A stretch of 64,000 bases of DNA from the NCBI GenBank assembly GCA_965112155.1, contig OZ218098.1; one strand, 5' to 3'. The notes below the pieces were generated by a model, which ran no database searches, had not been told where the DNA came from, and was given only the letters and a program-made list of their open reading frames with translations. Positions 1 through 14,066 of the stretch are shown piece by piece. This DNA comes from Podarcis liolepis (taxonomy: Eukaryota). How positions within the stretch are numbered: position 1 is the stretch's first letter; each line of letters opens with the position of its first letter. The position numbers and the translations under genes are program-made.

Positions 1-1529
1 ACCAAACAGGCAGTAGAAGTAGTGCCTGATATGGCCTGATAAGATGGTACCTGCAGGAGGCCCTGCCCTGCAGAGCACAATGGATGATTGGATATAAGGG
101 AAGGAGATGATATTTTTGTCCTGGTCCTCAGCTGTATAGGGCTTTGTGCATCAGTACCAGCACCTTGTAACTAGCCGAGTAGTTAATTGGCAGCCAGAGC
201 TGCAGCACCCATGTACTTTTGGAATAGGGTTCTTAGCCTTCCTGAAACAAGCTATTTGACTATTGTGGGCTTTCATGAGTGCAATGTAAAGTTTGCTGTC
301 AAACTGAGCGTCTCAAGAATTGAGACACTAAGAACATTGTCAGAGCACTGAGAAACATAAATATTTTTGGTGACATTTTTAGATTTCCTCTTCAATTCCG
401 TTTCAAATGAAGTGATTCTAAATGAAGTTATTGAGTGTTTGTGAGGTTATGTTGAACAATTTGTGTGGCACTGCAAATCATTTTGTTCGGGTTTTTTTGC
501 CTAAGCATATTCACATTATTTGTGACTGTAGAGGCCAGAAATGAAATCTGCAATTCTGTGAAGTTCATAGGTTAAAGAAAGGGCCTCTGGACCTCCAGAA
601 TTACAGGCTGCATATTGTTCCAATGAGTTCTTAAATGTTTAATGTGTTTATTTTTTTAGTAACTTTGGATTCAGTAATGAATATTAAAAGAAGTTGGGGC
701 AGTGGGAGATTATAGATGAGGTAAAACAGTTGGGAAATAACAGTTATCATGCAGTTCATAGGGGGTGCTGAGTTTCAGGACTAGATCAGTAACTTCTGGT
801 TCGTTAAGGTCAGCGATCTAGAGATAGTGATTGCTGAGATTGAGTTTAGGGGAGAAGAAAGATGCTCATGTAGTCCTCAACCTGGCTGTCACAGTGGTGG
901 GAAGGAGATGCTTTCCCCTCTACTATACTTTTGGAGAGAGTGGGGGTGGGGAAGTTGAGTTTACAGGATCCATATATTCATGGTATGCATCTCTGAACCC
1001 TAATTCCATCTCTGGATAGTTTTAAGCTGTTAATTTTTCTGCTGAACTGGGCAGGGAGTTATTAATCAGAATTGGAAGAAGCACCCCCCCCCCTTCTCCA
1101 CTGATATGATTTAATTTTAATTGTGATTTTGATATAGTTATATTAATTCTTGTGGTTTTAATATATCTGTAAACTGGGGTCTACACATGAAGGATGGCAT
1201 AGAAATTAATCAGATAAATCTTGTGCTTCCTGGAGGGCAAGAAGCATGCTCAGTCTTCTTCAGGCTATTTTTGTGTATATGTGTGAGAGAGTATAAAGTG
1301 AATATGCAGAAACCATTGCCTTCGGTTTTGTTACCAAAATGATAGTCAAAGGCTATCAGGTTTGCTATTAGAAGTAATATAAGCAGTTGACCGAATTGGT
1401 GTCTAGAGAGTAGCAATGCATTATTGTTTTTACTGGAATTTCTGAGTGCATGCAGAATTGCCCTCAAAAATAAGGTTAATCATCAACTAATCAGCCTCTT
1501 ACTAACACAAGTTCCTCTTGTAATTTCAG

Positions 1530-1634
1530 AAAAAAGCCAAAGGACAGCAGCTGTTTGAACAGATCATGTACCATCTGGACCTCATTGAAAATGACTATTT
1601 TGGATTACGATTCATGGATTCTGCACAAGTAGCA
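1530..1634 (+). CDS. EPB41L5: EPB41L5 coding exon (FERM N-lobe), first exon in window
   Basis: TACTAAC branch point 1500-1506, ttcag|...|gtgagt; [35 protein letters not shown], a band 4.1-family FERM sequence. Confidence 0.96.
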
Positions 1635-2225
1635 GTGAGTGGCATGGGGTTTTTTTCTTCTTCTTACAGTAGTAAAGTTAATTAAATCATACCAGGCCAA
1701 ACACAAGATTTGTGCAAGTGTTAAGTTGTTCTTGGTACAACAAAATTTATAGATGAGTTTAAGAAATTGTCCTGAACTTCAGTATAAAATCAGTTTCCCT
1801 TTTTCATGTCCTCTGTCCTGGTTTTGATAGATAAAATTATGGATCAGAGAGTTGTTGGTTCTAATTCAAATTTCAAAAATGAGAATATGTTTAATTTCCC
1901 CCCCTTTTAATTTGTATTGAAGTAAATCAAACAAATCAAGACAATAAAATAATAGAAGTTCATGACTTCTGTTTCTTTCATAGTATGAAAAGTATTTTTT
2001 TAGTGCCTTGGAGTATTTGTTGCATGTAATTCATGTTACACACATTTTTATTGGATCATAGTTTAAAGGTCCTGGTTTAAAGGCCGCTTTGGACAGAACC
2101 ATTAGAAAGGAGGGTCAGAGGGGGGTAAAAACCCATTGGGCTTTCTGTGGAGGTGTGTGTATGACCTCTCAGTGCCCCAGACCTGACCCATAAAATCTTA
2201 ATGCAGCATCATAGAAACTTTAAGG

Positions 2226-2451
2226 CAGGGGTGGGGAAACTCTGCCCCTTCAGGCCATGCTTTTAAAACCACACTTATCTGCTGGTCAACTGACATCACT
2301 CTGATGGGGGAGAAATAAGTTGATTGGCGAGGGGGTTAATTTTGGTGTTGCCTTCAAAGCTCAGTGTCACCTACCACCACTATGATTTGGCCTTCCAGGG
2401 GTGGGGAGATAAGGATCTGGTCCACAAGGCAGAAAAGGATCCCCACCCCTG
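2226..2451. mobile_element. non-autonomous hAT-type MITE
   Basis: TIR CAGGGGTGGGGA...TCCCCACCCCTG, perfect 8-bp TSD CTTTAAGG. Confidence 0.85.
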
Positions 2452-2483
2452 CTTTAAGGTCATCTGAGAAAAACTATCATTCC

Positions 2484-3143
2484 TGTTACGGAAAAATCTG
2501 GGTGCGGGGCTACTCTGCCACCCAGCTCGTCGGACTAGGTCCGCGGGTCCCTGCAGAAGAAAATGAGCTCAGCCGGACAGGAGCAAACTGCAGAAGATCC
2601 AAGTTTATTGCGCAACAGGTTCAAGGCGAGATTGAACAGCGAGAAAGGGGTGACATGAACTTTTGAAATTTCCCTCCATGTCCCAGAATACAGTGCAAAA
2701 TACATCCCAGTTACATCATGAATACATTAAGAAGAGGTTGGGTTACACAGATTACATCACGAATACATTAGGAAGAGGTTGGGTTACACCGGATTAACAT
2801 ATGGAGGAGGGAGGGGGGAATATGCAGAGCTGGAGATATGCGCAGATAAGCACATCCTGAGAAGACAATGGTCCATGTATGCATAGTCTGTCACCTGGCA
2901 TCGCCCGGAGGAAGGGCTTGGCAGAGCGATTTGACCGGATTAGGGTCTTGACACCTTGCTTGAGGGATTATGGAGGACAGGGGAGGTGTCATGGGGTCCT
3001 AGAGAAATTGAGCAAATTGGCACGTTGATTTTCTATGAATTTTATAGATTTTAGTCCCTTTTGACATTGACAATTGGAAATAAATGGATATAGTGTAGCG
3101 AAGAAGGAGGTGAAGAAGACATGCCCCCCCCCCTTCCGTATCA
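2484..3143 (-). mobile_element. solo LTR (ERV/LTR retroelement)
   Basis: TGTTACGGAA...TTCCGTATCA termini, 4-bp TSD TTCC, minus-strand AATAAA 2604-2609, internal ~38-bp direct repeat (about 2711-2789). Confidence 0.8.
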
Positions 3144-6100
3144 TTCCAAATGGCAGATCTGTCTTCAGTGCAGTTGCAGTTCCGTGTGTTCTGAGAATGC
3201 AGGGCTCTAGTAATCCCATCTTCCAGGATTGTTAGAATTCTTTTTTGGTGTTCTGGTCAGGCACAAAACCTTTCTGGTTTTTGTGTGTGTTGCTGGACTG
3301 TTTCTACCCAGTCTTAAATTCATGATTCAGTCAAAAGGCATATGCACCAAGCACACACAATTTAGTCATGATCTTGGTTAATTAAGTGTGTCTGTATATA
3401 TTACATAGAATTTCACAACTGAGATTATTTTGGTAGTTCTTCATTGCATTTCCACCACCTCACATGCCAGTGCAATGAAAAACTCTTCTGACCTTAATCA
3501 TATTTTCTTGTGACTTGTTCTTATAGCCTAGGGTTCCATGAGCCTCACTTGATACTGTATGATTTACTTGCTTTAGGCAATTTATATTTGTTTGCATTCA
3601 GCTGGTCATTGTGCACTTGGAAGAGTGCATTGCTCAGTCTAATGCAATTGCTCCAGCTTTCTGTTTATTGTGATGCAGTGCTAATGTTTGTCAGGTATAT
3701 AAAAATGGTGTTAAAGACCATGTCTTTTTTATTTTAATGAGCTCTGCCTTTTATACAAATAGTTGAATCTTGAATGATGTTGATGTAGTACTGGCTAAAT
3801 CTGTGAGTATAATTTGGGAGTTGCCTTTACAATTCAAGAGACTTTTTTATTCCAGTGTCTGTTGCTTCCCCCTCTCATTGTATTTTTGGTTAACATTGAG
3901 TTAGAAGGGACCCTAAACAACACCAATGCAAATAATTCACCTTAGTGCTGTATATTCAACCTTAAACCTACTGCCCAGGAAATCATCAAAAATCATAAAA
4001 ATCATCCCAGGAGGAAAAAGGCTTTTGCATGTATTCATTTTGTAATTACAGCAGGAGGTTCATGGCTTGCAGGGATGGCTAGCAGCCCAATAGTAGGGAG
4101 ATCTGTGAGTAGCTTGGCTCAGACCAAAAAAGTTGCAGGACACTTTCTCAGATTGTAAATTTTTCAGTAGGGAGTATCCTCTGGTTTAATCTTTTGACCC
4201 ATTACTCTTACCATAACCTTGCCTTGTTTCGTGAAGTGTGTATTTCTGCAGGATTAGAGTTTGTGCCTGACCCTGCTGAATTTGACAGCTGCGGTAGGAA
4301 AAGAATATATTCCAAGCATTGTGTTGCAGTGTACTTGAAGTAAAGTATAGTTACCAAGCGCAACTGCAACATGAGATCAGGTCTCAGTGTCTCCCAGGCT
4401 TTGTTCTGTAAAAGTAATTCCCTCCCCCTCTTCTGTGTGCCAGTCAAGCTGAACTCTTGGAGATGGCGCTGGTGTTAGGAACTGAGTTGAACTAAGTGGT
4501 GTCGGTGCCTGTCTCTGGTCTGTTAACTGCCTTTCTGTGGAATGTGGAGGAGGTGAAAGAAAACAGATTGGAGATGAAGCAAACTTATACTTTGCCCTAC
4601 AGTCTGGGAACATCTTTCTTTTTTTTCTTTTTTCTCTTTTCTTTTCTTCCTTCCCTGTCCCTGTTGTTTGTGTATACGGCACCATAGCACTTGTAATACT
4701 CTACTTTGGTGGATTTGTTTTCTTATCAAAGGAAATGTATGTTGGATGGGTGCAGACAACTGATGGAAAACTATCCAAAGAAGGCATGTTTATGGTATAA
4801 CTTCCTATAATTGATTGATTGCATTGAATGAAATAATCTTATTTCGTTCCAAAGCAGTAGGACAGTTCCATGAAAATATCAACCAGCAGGCTCTTTTTTA
4901 TCTTCCTATATAGCTAGCATGTTATGTATCTTTTTAAAGATAGTTTTCCAAAGTTTTATTACCTGGCAACAGTTCTACACATGAGTGAAACATCCAGAAG
5001 CAAGGCATGCAGAGTGATTCAGAATTTCTCTTAATTTTTTTTACTAACTTTTAGCTAACTACTTTTCAATTCATTTAACAACCCGTTATTTTATTGGTAG
5101 TTTCGCTTTTGCTTTTGATACCTGAGAATAAATGGTATGTTAGGAATAAATATTAGTGAGGTCTTGTTTTGTAGGTTGCGTGTGAGTGAGTGACTTGTCA
5201 CAAGCAATGTTGGTCACATTAAGCTGGTCACAGAAAACGTTTTCCCCAAAGGGATAAATAAACAGTATGAGAAGTTTGACACTTGCCCATGAAACATTAG
5301 CTGTTTTTGTATGTGGGTGCAGATGGGGAAAATTGATTCACACTTTAAGAGAATACAGTTATCTAAGTTACAGATATATTCTTGAAGTTGCAAAACTCTT
5401 GTGTTGGTCAAATACTTTAAAACACAGTTCTAAAAAGGCAAATGTTAACTATTTGGCATGCTTCTTGGTTTTTGGTTTTTGTAGGGAAGATCAGTCCAGT
5501 TCAACCACAAATAGTTTAATGTTATTTGGAGTTCAAATAATATTAGTTAACACACAAATTATTATGTAAACAAGCTTACAAATATAATGGTGGTAATTAT
5601 GGAATTACCTAACAACAACAGGAACAACAACAGCTGTCATTTAATTATGATTCCACTACTGCTACTCCGTTGGTATAGTTCAGGAACAGTTTAATCATGT
5701 GGTCTTTGTTGGTTTAGATGAATTTTGTCAAGTTTCCCAAATGCTTAGAAATTTGATGGTGTAAGATGGGTGTATGTTGTTTCATACTGTTTGTAATGTA
5801 TTTTAAATTGCAATCCTGGGGCTTTGGTATATTATTAGTATTAGTATCATCAACATTTGCTGCAGGTGGGATTAGAGTTGCTATAGCTGCTGTCATTGTG
5901 AACATCCTGTGTTTAGAGGTGAGCCCATATTTATCACAGGGCTGCATGTGCCATTTTGGGTCAGTCTCAGTCTGGGGGAGTGAGGATTAGGTGATGTCAA
6001 GTTGTACTAGCATCAGATCTGACAACCATCTCCATTATAAGATGCCTGCTGGCACACTATTGACTACAGCATAGGGTGGGGAGCCACGTAATGTATTCTG

Positions 6101-6892
6101 AATGATAGCAGTGGTATTTAAAGGAAAGCCTGAGGCCACAGGTGGTAACTCAACAGTATTATACTTAGAATGGTATCATTACCTATAAGGATGTTATCAC
6201 CTAGGAAAAATACTTGGCAGATTTAAGGAAATACCCAACCCGTAGTTAACATATTTTGTGAACTTAGCTTCTACATCCTTATGTTCTGAACTTAATGTGA
6301 TCTGCAAGTTTTTATCTTGTACTGCTTGCTTCATTCCAGCTGCTGAGCTCTCTGAGAGGAACTTGTATAAACAATTCATGCTAATGCTTGTGTCAGCACT
6401 TGAAAGAGACAATGCATTCCACAATACTAGTTTTTAAGCGTAACTGTGAGAAAGTTTGTGTGCTTGAATAGAAAGGATGCACTTTTAGGTGAAAAGTTAC
6501 ATTGGCATGCCTTTTCCTTTCTTAGATGGGAGATATAATCTTTTTCATATCTCTTTGGTAAGATGGCAGCCTGAAACGCATTGAAACATATGTTAGAATT
6601 CTGACAATCCCAGCAGCTTTCTGGCTCTGTGACTTGCAAAGATACATTTGTGCTGCAAATTGCAGATCATGATTTCAGCGCTCGAGAAATTATTAACTTG
6701 CCTCTTGAAACGTATTCTAGCAAGCTGTTACAGTCAATTAACTGTAGGTCAGGAACACTGAATGTGTTGCTCTTAAAATGCTTTATACTGCTTAGAACTA
6801 TTTTGGCTTGTTCTGTTCTATGAATTTATAATTTGCATACTATATTTTTATGTTGAAAACATAAAGTCTATAATTATTAATTTTTCTTTCAG

Positions 6893-6935
6893 CACTGGTT
6901 GGACAACACAAAGAGTATTAAAAAACAAGTTAAAA
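6893..6935 (+). CDS. EPB41L5: EPB41L5 coding exon
   Basis: ttcag|...|gtaagt, 43 nt, HWLDNTKSIKKQVK, phase 0/1. Confidence 0.95.
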
Positions 6936-7870
6936 GTAAGTGAAGTTTGTGTTTTTAAAAATCTGATTTACTTGAGTAGCGACGAAGACTTTGTTTCCCC
7001 AAAATATACCATGGCAGTATGAAACTGTTCAAAGAACAATGTTGTAATGCCAAGTTTCTGGCATTACAACTGATCTTTGACTGACATTACATTTACTACA
7101 TGATGTATTGAAAGCAAATTCAGTACAGGGCAAAAAGAAAAAAGGGGCTCCAATTGTTTAAAGATTCTGCAGCACATTTCTTTTTGCACTTTCTGCCTTA
7201 AGAGTATTACTAAAATGGATTTGGTGGACTATATTTTAGTAATCTTTGCTTTGCTGACCTATTGTGATGTGTATTTGTATCTTTTCTGTGACTTATATAC
7301 ATTGACTTTTTTAAAAGGAACTGTTCTAGTAATGTAAATCAAAAGGGGGAAGAAACTTTGAAGATCTGGTATTACAGGTGACCTGAATCAGAGGGTGTTG
7401 AGGAGGTGCATGAGTAACATCATATTCCTGGTTTAGAATTTCTCTCATTGGAAGGAAATGAGGTGTGGAGTCTGCTGCAATAAAATGTTTAGCTAGCTAT
7501 CTTCCTATGACACAAACTAACAACAGGAGGTACTCCCCAAAACTTAAGACTGCCTGGGCAGAGTTTATAAGGATTTGATTGGGGTACAAAGCTAAGATTG
7601 ATGGATTTCTCAGTTCATGGAATAGAGCCTTGTAATATTGGGATTAACCTAGATTTGTCTGTTCTTCTTGGCAAGACAAATCAACTTAATGTAATGAGAC
7701 TGAGTTGGCTTCTGGTATATAAAACTACTACTGTTTGTTTAGCATTCTCTTTTTTGCTAGTGTGCTCAGTATTACAGAAGGGATTCCCACCCCCTTTGAA
7801 TTCTGATTAGTGAATATATTTACAAAATAATATTCTTGCTGTCAGAAACCTAATATATTCACTTTTATAG

Positions 7871-7949
7871 TTGGTCCACCATACTGTCTACATCTTCGTG
7901 TAAAGTTTTACTCTTCCGAGCCGAACAACCTACGTGAAGAGCTCACCAG
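7871..7949 (+). CDS. EPB41L5: EPB41L5 coding exon
   Basis: tatag|...|gtacgt; [27 protein letters not shown]. Confidence 0.96.
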
Positions 7950-8848
7950 GTACGTTGTATGCAGTGATACAAACTGGAGATCTCAAATCCAGTACAGGCA
8001 ATGACCAATTTATGTGCGTCTATCACACACACATGCACAGCACCAAACCTGGAAGTGACCCTAAAAATCACTAGAAGGGTGGGGAGGGGAAGGGTGGAAC
8101 ATTTTACATGGGTCCCTCCAATGCGTGCAAGGGTCGAGAACATAGCGTCCTGTACAAAACAAGGATTGCTTGCTTGTTTGCAGTACATTTGCTTTTTGTG
8201 CTATATCTTTCATATGTTGTTGGCGGTCTCTCTTTTTTTCCGTTCATAGATGAATCAAAATTCCAATCCACCTGGTTGTATCTCACTACTGTAATGTCCC
8301 TGAATGATAAAATTGCAGGGAAGGCATTTGGGCAGAATCTCACATACATTGCCACAGTTTCAAGGTGTTCCATTCCCACAATACAGTGAATAGGAGTTCC
8401 CAGCACTTCAGGGAACTGGCAGTTCTTTGCTGCTAGGCGTTTTCCTTTCTGCTGTGAGTAATCCTTATACCCAGTCCTTCTGCTCCGGCCTTTGCTGTAA
8501 ATTGGGTCCTGATAATCTTTACGAAATCATTCTAATGAAGTGTAGTTTTGAGGAAACACTGAACTTTGATAGAAATATTTTTAGACATGTTTGGGAAATC
8601 CATCCACCCCCTTTCAATATTGCACACTAGGAAAACAGAGAAAACAGAAACTACAAATTGGATATTCTTTAATTAGAATTTCATTCTCTTGCGATGAAAT
8701 ATACTGCTCCATGTTTCCATACTTGAAGTGAGAGACCACAGTGCGTTATCTCATAATTAAGTCTAGCTGCTGATATTTGCTGCTCTTCTCCAGTGCTGGA
8801 ATTGTTCACAAACTCATGGATGTTTCTTGCTCTTTCTTCCTGAAATAG

Positions 8849-8893
8849 ATATTTATTTGTTCTTCAGCTAAAACAGGACATTTTGAGTGGCAA
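8849..8893 (+). CDS. EPB41L5: EPB41L5 coding exon
   Basis: aatag|...|gtaagt; YLFVLQLKQDILSGK. Confidence 0.95.
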
Positions 8894-9157
8894 GTAAGTA
8901 CTGTTGATAATTACGCTAAATGAAGGGGGCTTGTCTCTTATCAAATATGTGCAGAAAATTTAGGATATAAATATAGAACATGTGCATCTCCAAGGTGCTG
9001 AAAGTATTAGTAGCTACTTACCATACTTTGTAGCAGTGAACATTAATGGACACTGGTAGTTATAATTAGCCATTTGTTTAGATTCTTTCCTCAGATTTAG
9101 TATTTAAAATTCCACAATTGCATCTTAGAAATCTTCATAATTTTTTACCACCTAAAG

Positions 9158-9207
9158 CAGTGGTTCTCAAAGGGTGTGGCCCGGAGAAATAAGTTTGAGA
9201 ACCACTG
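9158..9207. mobile_element. 50-bp minimal hAT element
   Basis: perfect 14-bp TIR CAGTGGTTCTCAAA; TSD ACCTAAAG/GCCTAAAG. Confidence 0.8.
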
Positions 9208-9654
9208 GCCTAAAGACTATGGTCAGGTTTCTGCAAGGATGTACAAAAGAGGAGGGAGGTGGTAGGTTGAGAATGGGGATGTGCTGCTGTATGTGGTGTG
9301 TTACCTATGTGATGTCAGTTATTAATGGTTCCTTTAATTCAAATGCAGACTTTTTGGGACAGATTTGGTGTGGCGTAATTGAAGAATATATTAATGATTC
9401 CCCAATCCATATATTTGTAGGATCTAGGCTGACTTAGGCAAGCTTATTTGCTCCTTTAATGTAAAGCGTACATTTCTGAAAATCCAAGTGTTATAGGAAC
9501 ATGGGCTTTAAGTATATTTCTGAGTAATATGTCAAGTTCGCTGAAACGGTTCACTACATCTTCCCCTTCCAAATCGTTGACCCATAATCATTTCCTCATA
9601 CTACCGTTGAAATTTGCTTGGCATTCTTTTTTTTTTTTTTTTTTTTCATTGCAG

Positions 9655-9707
9655 GTTGGAGTGCCCATTTGAAACAGCTGTGCAGTTGTCAGCTTACATG
9701 TTACAAG
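9655..9707 (+). CDS. EPB41L5: EPB41L5 coding exon
   Basis: poly-T tract, gcag|...|gtgagc; LECPFETAVQLSAYMLQ. Confidence 0.95.
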
Positions 9708-10319
9708 GTGAGCTGCCTTAAGGGAACTGCCTTTGTGTGGGTGTATTGCTTGAGGTGCAGGACTGATTCGAATAAGACAAGGTTTCCCTTACAGATAGCC
9801 AACCTTATGTAAACTGCTGGTCACATTAATTGCCAGGGATTCAGATAAATTACTGTACTTGTGCTATTTCTGGGCATTGTTGCTTTTTCGCTTTAGGGAT
9901 ATATTTTGTAGCCAGAGGATTATAACAGCTGATAGGGCTTAGTCATGTGAGGCTTATCACTAAGATCTTAGCTTTTTCTTGCTACTGTACAATCTAGCAC
10001 GAGTGGGAAGTATGAGTGGAATCCTGGGGTGTGGACTACCTTATAGTCCTTGTGTAGGAAAAAGGAGGGCAGGCGTGAGAAGAATTAACTTGCTTAAGTG
10101 AAATAATTATTTTTCCATAGATGCCTCAGAGCTTTGGTTCCATTCAGAAAAAGACTGTGAACCTCATATTGAGATTTGTTGGTTATTTTGGCAAAGCAAG
10201 CTCAGAATTCTGCACTTTGACCTCTATATTTGTACTTACTGAAAGAGATGTCAGCTTGGAAGTGTTTATTAGGGATAGTTTGCAACAGAAATTAAGTGTT
10301 TTCTTGATTACCTTGCATG

Positions 10320-10322
<3 letters not shown>

Positions 10323-10378
<56 letters not shown>

Positions 10379-10392
10379 ATGTATGTGTGTGT
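10323..10392. repeat. compound (CT)n(GT)n microsatellite
   Basis: direct inspection. Confidence 0.95.
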
Positions 10393-10817
10393 GCGCGCAC
10401 ACACCTTTATGTCAACAAAATCCTGATTTCATTTTTAAGAGTAATTGCATTACAATGGGTTGTAGTTGCACAGCCTTTGCCTATTTAAGGACTTTAAAAC
10501 CCTTTTATATAGAAATAAGTCCAACTACATTCATTCAATGAAACCTCTAAGTAAGTGTGTCTAGAATCATTATTGCAAGATCGTTACTGCAGAGCAAAAG
10601 GAATTTTCTGTGATTCTCATAGTTCTGATTGTAGATAACTGTGTTGGAAGTAGATACTCATAAGTTCCTAATCAGTGATCAGTGGCTGTTAGTCTTGTAT
10701 CAAATGTAGTTTTTAAAGTTATCTATATTTCCTGTGGGACTTAGAATCTTAGAAAGTATTATATATGCCTGCCGGGTAAAACAGTATGTTGCAAAAAGGT
10801 ACTTCCCCACACAAAAG

Positions 10818-11080
10818 GAGCAGGTGCCACTGTGGTCTAAACCACTGAGCCTCTTGGGCTTGCTGATCGGAAGGTCAGCAGTTCAAATCCACACAACAGT
10901 GGTGAGCTCCTGTTGCTGTGTCCTAGCTTCTACCAACCCATCAGTTCTAAAGCATACCAGTGCAAGTAGATAAATAGGTACTGTTGCGGTAGGAAGGTAA
11001 ATGGCATTTCCATGCACTCTGGCACTCGTCAGGGTGTTCTGTTGTGCCAGAAGTGCTTTAGTCATGCTGACCATATGACC
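10818..11080 (+). mobile_element. degenerate Sauria SINE (approximate ends)
   Basis: similar to the copy at 63315-63666 (GGGCTTGCTGATCGGAAGG, GCAAGTAGATAAATAGGTAC, TTAGTCATGCTG). Confidence 0.8.
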
Positions 11081-12346
11081 CCACAGCCTTGGTACAAAAG
11101 GTAATATATGTGAAAATATTTATAAATTAATGTTGATCATTTTTTTAATGTATGAGGCAACGAGGAACATACAAAAAATGTGATTTTCTGTATTGCTTAG
11201 ATAGGAGAGGGGGACAGACTTTGCGATGTATTCTGACAATCTTTCAGAGGAATTCATAAATTTGCTGTTTGTTGGGATGGTAAAACCCAACTCTTGATTT
11301 TCCCCCCTACTAACAATCTATAGATAGTAGTGTTCAGTTGACAGATAAGAACTCAAGTAACACTGGTAAGATAGTGTTGGAAGATACTGGGTTTGATGGT
11401 ATGGGTAGGCAACTCCCGTGTAATAAGAGAAGACACTTTTGAATCAATTCCCCAGAAGATAGTAATTTTGCAACATGCAACAGTGAAGTGTTGGTATTCA
11501 TGTTTCTGTAGTGGTGGGATGCAGAGATCCAACTCTGTGAAGAGGGCTGCAGCAAAGCCTTAAAGAATTCATGCCTTGATCCCATTTTGGCATAGATTCT
11601 GTTTATAAATTTGCATGACAGTAAATGTTCGATTCCAGGCTTTGATGACAGTGCCCAGTACTCAGTAGAATGCTGAGTAGATCCTATTTAAATTAGCTGG
11701 AGGTTAACCTAGCTTTGGAAGCAAGCAAGCATCAAGTAAATTATGGATTTAGAAACTTCCTTAACTTCAAATTGAAAGACTCATGAAAATGCAGCTTAAA
11801 ATATTTATTCAATAAGCTCAGTTGTGTTCAAGACCAAAGAAATCTATTAAAATATTTACATAGCACAAAATTTAACAAACATGTTATATTATTCAGTGCT
11901 GCTTCTTACATTTCCAGCTTCTTCTTTTTACATTTTAAAAGACTGCATTAAAAATTACATGTTTGTGATGGTAAAAAAAGAAAGTGATCTCACTAAGCAT
12001 CTGCAAGTCTGAGTATCTTAAAAAAAGAGGAATGAAAGAAGTTAAATAACAATGCTAGTTCCCCCGCCAACATAGTTTCAGCAGTAAATGAAAATACTCT
12101 TCCATATAAGTTTTTGTTTGTGTCTGTAGTTCTTCCAAAGCTGATTTAAGATTCAGTTTTAACATACCTGTACTAAGATCAAAATACCGATTTCCTATTA
12201 AACTGTAAATATTTAAATGAAGTTTTAATTATCTTTGAATAAATGTTCAGTGTGTCAATGAAATGAGTCATTGTAGGCCCTTCGGATTTTGCCATTTCCA
12301 AATTTGCTTTTGCTAGAATTTTTTTGAAGTATTCTTCTCTTTCCAG

Positions 12347-12467
12347 CTGAACTTGGTGACTACGACCCTGCTGAACACATCCCTGATATAGTTTCAGAGT
12401 TCAGGTTTGTGCCCGAGCAAACTGAAGACATGGAACTCGCCATTTTTGAGAAGTGGAAGGAATACAG
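12347..12467 (+). CDS. EPB41L5: EPB41L5 coding exon (FERM central lobe)
   Basis: ccag|...|gtaaaa; [41 protein letters not shown]. Confidence 0.96.
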
Positions 12468-12991
12468 GTAAAAAATCTCAAATGGTAAATTGCCACATCC
12501 ATCCAACGCATACTATTGTATGCATTGCTTTCTTTTGCTGAGTGAAAGGGGACTTTAAATTCCTATGAATACTGTCCTGAGTGTTGGTGTTGTATTTCTG
12601 TTGAGACAAACTAGAACATAGTCCAAAAGCTGCCTTCATTTTCTGAAGCAATCACAGCAAGCTACAAGACACATCTAAGACCAGATAGTATCATCTGGAC
12701 AATAGGGTATGCATTTTATGCAGTCTACAGCCTTAGCACTTCTTGATGTTATCAATACAGCTCTGTAAGCTTCCACAGCTTAATTTAGCAGTTCAGTATT
12801 TTCTTAGCCCCTTGATTTCAAAACAAAACTCAAGTTGGCCATTATTAAAACTGAGTCGAGATGAGCACTATTTGGCTTGCTCTACATATATCAAGTTCCC
12901 CTTTTTTGTATTCTTTCTGTAACCTCACTTTTTTATCAAGGCATGTTATTTTTAACTTCATGTGATTTTTGTGTAATATAAATCATTTCAG

Positions 12992-13079
12992 GGGGCAAAC
13001 ACCAGCTCAGGCAGAAACAAATTATTTGAACAAAGCAAAATGGCTGGAAATGTATGGAGTAGACATGCATATAGTCAAG
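12992..13079 (+). CDS. EPB41L5: EPB41L5 coding exon
   Basis: tcag|...|gtaagt; [29 protein letters not shown]. Confidence 0.96.
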
Positions 13080-13977
13080 GTAAGTTTATGGTTGTAGGCC
13101 GTGCTTTTGGGAACGTTATTTTTAGTACTTCTATAAACATAAAAATACCTAAACTTGCAGTCTTTGTAGCAATGAGTGGGATCTGCTTCTTATAATAGCC
13201 TAGTCTGCTTACCTATACAAGTTACGGAGGACAATTTATTTAATACATATCTTGTTGTGCATCTGCCAGAAATGGCTATCTGAAGCTACTGCTTATATAC
13301 CCAGCTGCTATAACAACAACCACATTTGTGAGCTGACCAAAGGTGGGCTGCATGGCTGGGTGGGGACTTTAATCCTGGTCTCCCATGTCAAAGTCCAACA
13401 ATGGATCTCTAGACCAGACACAGTGAATTTATTATCCCAGTGTATTTTGTAGCTAAGAAATGAATTGCTCTGAAATTCTTAATCATAATGTTAAACATAG
13501 TCGGAATAAATATAAATCGTGGAAGTCTTGAGAGATGAGTGCTGAAAATAAACTGAGATTTAATATTGTTTGACTTAGGACCAGGTTTGCAGCCTAATGT
13601 TAAGTAATTCTCAAGAAACCACAAATGATAAAGCATAAATGTAGCTTTCAGTGTAGATTAATATAAGTGAAATGTTCTATGTAACTATGTATGTTTCTAG
13701 AATTCATATCTGTCAGCTTGGCTTGATCAAATCCTCGGAGCAGCAGACAATGTCCTTATAAGCAGTGAAAATAATATCCAAAGATAAAATATTTAATAAA
13801 ACAAAAAATAATAATAGAATAAATGCTTGGTAAGGGGCTTGTTAATAACATCTGTGACTAATGCCTTTAATTTTGCTGCAGTATCTTAACAGTGAATGAA
13901 ATTATAATTAAAGTAACTTGTACCAGCATAAAGTCACATCTGTAGGAATATTCTAATCTAATTTGTATCCCTCTTAG

Positions 13978-14066
13978 GCAAGAGATGGAAATGATTATAG
14001 CCTCGGACTAACACCCACAGGAGTTCTTGTGTTTGAAGGAGAAACTAAGATTGGATTGTTCTTCTG
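13978..14066 (+). CDS. EPB41L5: EPB41L5 coding exon (FERM C-lobe)
   Basis: ttag|...|gtaagc; [30 protein letters not shown]. Confidence 0.96.
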
